From an uncultured Candidatus Saccharibacteria bacterium (GTDB lineage: Bacteria > Patescibacteriota > UBA1384 > DTJR01): a stretch of 64,000 bases of DNA. This document shows positions 59,429 through 64,000 of the stretch, one piece after another (position 1 is the stretch's first letter; every line of letters starts with the position of its first letter). Both the position numbers and the translations under genes were made by a program. The notes under the pieces are model-generated. The model did no database searches. It was not told where the DNA came from and saw only the letters and a list, made by a program, of their open reading frames with translations. The DNA lies in the NCBI GenBank assembly GCA_964487045.1, contig CAZAOT010000004.1:6605-70604 (forward strand), written 5' to 3'.

Positions 59429-60671
59429 TAAAAGAATTATTCTCCATATCGATATGAACTCCTATTTTGCTTCTGTCGAGCAGCAAGCTAGGCCAGTGCT
59501 TAGGGGTAAGCCAATTGGCATTGTCGGCTCGCTAGACAAAAAAAGAACGATCATCGTCGCTGCTTCTTATGAAGCCAAAGCGCTTGGCATCAAAACCGGC
59601 ACTCAACTCTGGGAGGCCAAAAGGCTCTGTCCTCAAATCGAATTAATTTCCGCTGACTGCCAGCGCTATGAAGCAATTACTCGCCAATTTTTAAATATTT
59701 TTATTTCTAAAACTCCCCTCGTTGAGATCTTCTCTATCGACGAAGCCTTTCTTGACGTGACCACTCAAACAAAAAATTTTGAGCAAGCCGAGAAGCTGGC
59801 GCTGCAAATCAAACAAGAAATTAAAGAAACGATTGGGGCAAGTATCCGTTGTTCAATCGGCATCGGCAGCAATAAATTTATTGCCAAACTAGCATCCGAA
59901 GCTAAAAAGCCAGATGGTCTAACGATTGTGCCGCCAGGACAAGAACAAGATTTTGTTGATCAATTTGAGCTTAAAGATGCTTGTGGCATTGGCTTTCGGA
60001 CTGACGCTCATCTTAAAAAGCTTGGGATTAATTCTTTTAGAGATTTACGCGCAAGACCACTAACTGACCTTACCCTTATCTTTCATTCGTACGGACTAAA
60101 ACTCTACCGCATGGCGCGCGGAGAGGATTTTGACAAAATTAAGCCCTACTATGAGCGCGAATTACCTAAAAGTTTTTCCAGAAGCAAAACCCTAAGGCGA
60201 GACGTATTTGATAAAAATGAAATTAAAAATTTTATCATGGCTTTTGCCGCTAATATCGCCGAAGAGCTCAAAAACAAATCACTCTTAGCCACAAACGTTG
60301 GACTCTACCTGCGTTTTAACGATTTTAGAGGATATTCGGCCACGATAAATCTTAAAAAATCTACGAATTTCAGTTTAGACTTCTTTAAGGCCTGCAGTAA
60401 AATGCTTGATAGCATTGAACTTAACAAGCCAGTTAGAAAAGTAGGTATCTGGATCGGCAAACTGCAAAATGATCATGGACAGGAACTTATTTTTAAAGAA
60501 TTATCAAAGCCCGTCAAGCTCGAAAAAATTAGCGAAAAGATCAACCAGAAGCATGGCGACAACCTGGTCTTTAGGGCCAGGCTTGCCGGATTAAATTTCT
60601 TTGGTAAAACACCAAATTACGGATTTACCCCGTTAGAGATTTTTGAAGATATAAAAAAATCTAAGGAGTAG
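59421..60671 (+). CDS. dinB: Y-family DNA polymerase (DinB/PolIV/YqjW-like)
   Basis: ILHIDMNSYFASVEQ, AASYEAK, FSIDEAFLD, NKFIAKLASE..KPDG; GTG start at 59421. Confidence 0.92.
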   Translation: MDNKRIILHIDMNSYFASVEQQARPVLRGKPIGIVGSLDKKRTIIVAASYEAKALGIKTGTQLWEAKRLCPQIELISADCQRYEAITRQFLNIFISKTPLVEIFSIDEAFLDVTTQTKNFEQAEKLALQIKQEIKETIGASIRCSIGIGSNKFIAKLASEAKKPDGLTIVPPGQEQDFVDQFELKDACGIGFRTDAHLKKLGINSFRDLRARPLTDLTLIFHSYGLKLYRMARGEDFDKIKPYYERELPKSFSRSKTLRRDVFDKNEIKNFIMAFAANIAEELKNKSLLATNVGLYLRFNDFRGYSATINLKKSTNFSLDFFKACSKMLDSIELNKPVRKVGIWIGKLQNDHGQELIFKELSKPVKLEKISEKINQKHGDNLVFRARLAGLNFFGKTPNYGFTPLEIFEDIKKSKE

Positions 60672-60705
60672 TATTTAATTGATATTACCGGATCTCTAAC
60701 GGGGT
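60627..60705. mobile_element. Miniature inverted-repeat element, copy 3 (in dinB 3' end)
   Basis: Perfect 14-bp TIR ACCCCGTTAGAGAT (60627-60640) / ATCTCTAACGGGGT (60692-60705); encodes the last 14 residues TPLEIFEDIKKSKE and the stop. Confidence 0.7.
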
Positions 60706-60735
60706 GAAAGAAAGATTATAAAGTTTAAAAAGCAA

Positions 60736-60755
60736 GGGGCGACCGAAGTCGCCCC
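60736..60755 (-). terminator. Intrinsic terminator with cUUCGg loop
   Basis: GGGGCGAC-CGAA-GTCGCCCC; on the minus strand followed by TTGCTTTTT. Confidence 0.7.
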
Positions 60756-60774
60756 AAAGAAGGTGAAAAAGATG

Positions 60775-61620
60775 CTAGGCATCGCGAAGCGCGCTACTGA
60801 CAAACTCAAGCGCTTCAGTCGCATCTTTGATAACTGCATCGAAGCGCTCTTGGGTTGAGAGGGGAAGAAACTTCAGCATGCCTATTTCCGGCGAGTGTTC
60901 CAAAACAACGGGCACCTCCGGATACCAGAAACCGATACAGGCAAGCTGCTCCTTGAGAGGCATGGTACCTCGCCCAGGAACCAGATGGCCTTGCCAGCGT
61001 TTTCCCGGCACGCTATCGCATATGTGAAACTCGGCGATAGGAGCCAGGTTCTCGACATGGTCACAGAACTCCTCCAGAGAGTATCCGCCGGAAGGATGAT
61101 ACTGCGCTAGGTGTTCAACGTCGACAACTATCCCTACGTCATCAACGACAGAGCAAACGCAGCGTAGCGCCCGAGAAAAGCTCTCAAGCAGGTCGCCTTT
61201 GATAAGCGGGTGCGAGAAGAAGTTAGAGTTCTCAACCAGCACACTAAGGTCCTTAAGCTTGCTGATCTCCTCCGACAGCATCAACTCAAGGATGTTCTCG
61301 TGATGCAGAATGATCGGTATCTGGTACTCACGGGCAATTTCGATTCCCGGAGTTCCAAAGAGTGGACCGATCATCAGCTGCCAGAGAATAGCAAACTTGA
61401 CCTCACTTCTAGGTCCGAAACGAAGCCTATTGTACAGACTCCGCCTTGTAACCAGTGGCGATCCATGAAAAGCGACTACTCCGCTATCAATGTCGCTCTC
61501 ATCAAAGGCTCGAAATGGCGTAAGCTCGACGCCATACAGGCCCATCAGTTCTCGTGCAACGCGATGAGCTACATCCTTGTCTCCCCAGCATGCTACATCA
61601 GAAATAGCGATGGCATTCAC
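60775..61620 (-). CDS. Sugar-phosphate isomerase/AP-endonuclease-2 family TIM barrel (GC-rich)
   Basis: VEN, DVEH, EFHICD, HLVPGRG, VVLEH metal-ligand pattern; GGGAGGTG RBS. Confidence 0.7.
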   Translation of the reverse strand: MNAIAISDVACWGDKDVAHRVARELMGLYGVELTPFRAFDESDIDSGVVAFHGSPLVTRRSLYNRLRFGPRSEVKFAILWQLMIGPLFGTPGIEIAREYQIPIILHHENILELMLSEEISKLKDLSVLVENSNFFSHPLIKGDLLESFSRALRCVCSVVDDVGIVVDVEHLAQYHPSGGYSLEEFCDHVENLAPIAEFHICDSVPGKRWQGHLVPGRGTMPLKEQLACIGFWYPEVPVVLEHSPEIGMLKFLPLSTQERFDAVIKDATEALEFVSSALRDA

Positions 61621-61712
61621 ACCATCACCTCCCTCTCAAGGTTCATTGTGATTTACAATCTAAGTAATTTATCAGAGATGCAATAATACGTCAATTGTTT
61701 GTTAACGATAAT

Positions 61713-61824
61713 TTGACAATGTTTTAAAATAGCACTAAAATCTCTCTAATGAGGTGGCACCAAAAACAATCAAAATCACAACAAGCCACCACCATGAGTT
61801 AAGGGCCCGCAAGGGTCTTTTTTC
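61713..61824 (+). promoter_or_regulatory. Promoter, leaderless 17-codon uORF and intrinsic terminator (candidate attenuator)
   Basis: TTGACA, 17 nt, TAAAAT (61713-61741); uORF 61749-61802 MRWHQKQSKSQQATTMS; stem AAGGGCCC-GCAA-GGGTCTTT plus T-run at 61801-61824. Confidence 0.6.
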
Positions 61825-61858
61825 TTACATCCCGGGTTAGTAGCCCCTTGAAAGGTAG

Positions 61859-62554
61859 GTGAGAGACGTGACGATCATAGCCGAAACGCATCGCGATGCT
61901 CGGGCTGACGCACTCGAACACTTCGACTTCTGGAATCTCAAGCAAGCCGGAAAGTACTCCTTGGCCAGACACTTGGCAGAAAGAGCTCACGAACTCCAGT
62001 ATCGCGCAACCGGAGATCTTTACGTCACTCATGTCTATGGGGTGGCTAAGATCCTGGTTGATGCTGGACTCGAAAGAGATCTGATCACAAGAGTATGCGC
62101 ACTCTTGCATGACACTATCGAGGATTGCGCTCCTGATGATAAGCCTCGATTGAGACGCGTTATCAGAGGGCGCATTGGCCTTGTTCCCTACATGATCGTA
62201 GAGACCCTGACCAAGAAGGACGGCATCGACTATCCGACCCAGATGGTCATCTCGATCAGACGCTACCACCAAATCGGACTTTGGCGCGTGCCACTGATCA
62301 AGCTTGCCGACATCCTGTTCAACCTTTCCACCATCGAGGGCTTCAACGATCTCACCAAGGAGCTTCACCAGTTCGACAAAGCACGGCGTATCCTAGACGA
62401 AGTGATCGTACCCAGTCGCAAGTACATTCCTCGGGTATATCTCGCAGCCTACGATCACCTACTTCAAAGTGTCGAGACTTTGCTTGAACTTAAGCGCCAG
62501 GAGTCGATTGACCGCAATCGCCTTCAAGAGCTACAGCTCCACCTCGCCTACTAG
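61859..62554 (+). CDS. Stand-alone HD-domain protein, RelA/SpoT hydrolase (small alarmone hydrolase/Mesh1)-like
   Basis: AH..Q.R..G..Y.TH...V, ALLHDTIED, VETLTK, KLADILFN motifs intact. Confidence 0.8.
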   Translation: MRDVTIIAETHRDARADALEHFDFWNLKQAGKYSLARHLAERAHELQYRATGDLYVTHVYGVAKILVDAGLERDLITRVCALLHDTIEDCAPDDKPRLRRVIRGRIGLVPYMIVETLTKKDGIDYPTQMVISIRRYHQIGLWRVPLIKLADILFNLSTIEGFNDLTKELHQFDKARRILDEVIVPSRKYIPRVYLAAYDHLLQSVETLLELKRQESIDRNRLQELQLHLAY

Positions 62555-62561
62555 CCTCTTC

Positions 62562-62595
62562 TTGGCCCCAGCACCCCTGGGGCCAATACTTTTTT
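62562..62595 (+). terminator. Intrinsic terminator
   Basis: TTGGCCCCAG/CTGGGGCCAA followed by TACTTTTTT. Confidence 0.7.
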
Positions 62596-62728
62596 GCAGT
62601 AGTCTATTGAATAAAAACATTTATTTGTGTATCTTAGTTTTCCCCTAAGGTTTTCTAATCCTTGACAAATATTCCCAATTAGTGACACCAAAGGGTATAA
62701 TGAAAAAAATGAGAGGAGGTGAGCAAAG

Positions 62729-62926
62729 ATGGCAGATGAAGATATGGACGTAGAAGAAAAAGACGAGGAAGTTGAAGAAGAAAAAGAAGGTGAAGAAGAA
62801 GAAGTAGAAGAAGAGGAAGTTGAAGAGGAAGAAGAAGTCGCTGGTGACGAAGACGAGTCCGACGACAACGAAGAAGACGAAGAAGAGGATGAAGAATCCG
62901 ACGACGAGGAAGAAGAAAAAGAATAA
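62729..62926 (+). CDS. Extremely acidic 65-aa protein
   Basis: GAGAGGAGGTGA RBS, TATAAT upstream, own terminator at 62936-62965; 48 of 65 residues are D/E. Confidence 0.75.
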   Translation: MADEDMDVEEKDEEVEEEKEGEEEEVEEEEVEEEEEVAGDEDESDDNEEDEEEDEESDDEEEEKE

Positions 62927-62970
62927 TTTTATATGAAGAGAGGGCCGATAAATCGGCCCTTTCTTGAAAA

Positions 62971-63294
62971 ATGATTATAATCCTTTATTTATTTTTGGCT
63001 ATTTATTATATCTCGATAATAAGAGGGATGTTTTTAGCGGTAGGTAGATCGAAAAAATTGTTTAGATCAGAAAGCTTTTTAATCTATCAAAAGATTTCTC
63101 TTATCGTTGCTATCCTCGCACTAATCTTAAGTTTTTACCTATCTATCAATCTTATTTTGTATTTATTGCTAGCAAATATTGTGATTTTATTCTTGTTTTA
63201 TCTGCAGCCCACACCCAGAACAACCAAATTTATCGCTATTTGTTTTGCTGTGATCCAGATAATTTTTGTAGTTGTATATTTTCTTCAAAAATAA
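62971..63294 (+). CDS. Small membrane protein
   Basis: Four hydrophobic segments. Confidence 0.6.
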   Translation: MIIILYLFLAIYYISIIRGMFLAVGRSKKLFRSESFLIYQKISLIVAILALILSFYLSINLILYLLLANIVILFLFYLQPTPRTTKFIAICFAVIQIIFVVVYFLQK

Positions 63295-63328
63295 ATTTAT
63301 GCTAAGATAGATTTAAGAAAGGAGGAGA

Positions 63329-63526
63329 ATGAAGAAATTTGCTCTAGCGTTTGTAATAGTTTTTGCAGTAGCATTGCTCGCAGGATGTAATGCAAAGAAT
63401 AATACTAATTTCGATAATGCCGACACTGCTTCTTTTGATGCAGCAACAGATACAGAGGCACAAGACCCAGGTAATCCACCAATTCCACCTGAACCAACAG
63501 ATGGCTCCACCCAAGCTGCCGAGTGA
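63329..63526 (+). CDS. Small lipoprotein
   Basis: AGGAGG RBS; MKK + hydrophobic + LLAG-C lipobox; Pro/Asp-rich tail. Confidence 0.75.
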   Translation: MKKFALAFVIVFAVALLAGCNAKNNTNFDNADTASFDAATDTEAQDPGNPPIPPEPTDGSTQAAE

Positions 63527-64000
63527 TCCCAAGTCTTCGTGAAGAAAAAGAAATTTGGAAGAATGGCTATAGTTTAATTTGTGGTATAGATGAAGCGGGC
63601 CGTGGCGCAATTGCCGGCCCGCTTGTTTGTGGTGCAGTTATTTTAGATCCTAAAAAAGTTCATAAATATAATGATTCAAAACTATTAAGCAGTAAAAGAA
63701 GAGAAGAACTACATGAAAGGCTTAAGCAAGACAGTATCTGTTTTGCTATTGGCATCGCTTCGGTTGAAGAGATCAACCAGCTTGGAATACAAACAGCGAC
63801 ATTTTTAAGCTACGAGCGCGCTATCAATACCCTAAACCCTAAACCAGATTTTCTATTAATTGATTACTATCGACTTCCTAGGACTCTTCTGCCGCAAAAA
63901 TCAATTACCAAAGGAGATAGAATAAGCCAGTCAATAGCTGCTGCATCTATTCTTGCAAAGGTTACAAGAGATAATTTGCTTACTGAATTATCCAAGGACT
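63523..64000 (+). CDS. rnhB: Ribonuclease HII (3' truncated by window; not in ORF track)
   Basis: GTG start overlapping the upstream TGA; CGIDEAGRGAIAGPLV, NDSKLL, LLIDY, KGD..SQSIAAASILAKVTRD. Confidence 0.95.
   Translation, partial: MIPSLREEKEIWKNGYSLICGIDEAGRGAIAGPLVCGAVILDPKKVHKYNDSKLLSSKRREELHERLKQDSICFAIGIASVEEINQLGIQTATFLSYERAINTLNPKPDFLLIDYYRLPRTLLPQKSITKGDRISQSIAAASILAKVTRDNLLTELSKD

Noticed and set aside
62551-62868. Ser-rich 105-aa minus-strand ORF
   Set aside because: It is the antisense shadow of the acidic protein, which has the RBS and terminator.

Overview
AT-rich bacterial chromosome segment, genetic code 11 (TGA is used as a stop, e.g. infA). It is very likely a Patescibacteria/CPR genome: rpmD (L30) is absent from spc, and a PaaX-like regulator, DUF2207, archaeal-type ProRS, trimmed ribosomal proteins and many ORFans are present. 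Bases 1-1736 hold leuS(3' part)-rpmF-nusB-rnc. A ~26 kb minus-strand superoperon follows: rpoB-rpoC-rpsL-rpsG-fusA-tuf-S10-spc-alpha-rplM-rpsI-rbfA. Next come a pseudouridine synthase, RNase P RNA, uvrA, bactofilin, infC-rpmI-rplT, lspA, a dksA-like gene, tRNA-Val(CAC), lepB, der, pyrG and transport/membrane genes. The 45-63 kb accessory region has GC-rich self-contained ORFan units, a 1817-aa giant protein, tRNA-Gln, proS, a PD-(D/E)XK nuclease, a two-gene Y-family polymerase cassette with a GTTC-N7-GTTC box, a TIM-barrel/HD-hydrolase divergon, a 74%-acidic microprotein and rnhB (partial). Most notable: (i) three miniature elements bounded by CCCGTTAGAGAT inverted repeats with unrelated interiors, one of which forms the polymerase C-terminus and one the uvrA 5' UTR; (ii) a leaderless 17-codon uORF plus terminator in front of a (p)ppGpp-hydrolase-like gene; (iii) RpoA without its CTD and Der without its KH domain; (iv) an inverted partial copy of tRNA-Gln in its own 3' trailer. 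No CRISPR array, integrase, transposase or reverse transcriptase was found. All family assignments come from motif recognition by eye, not database searches.
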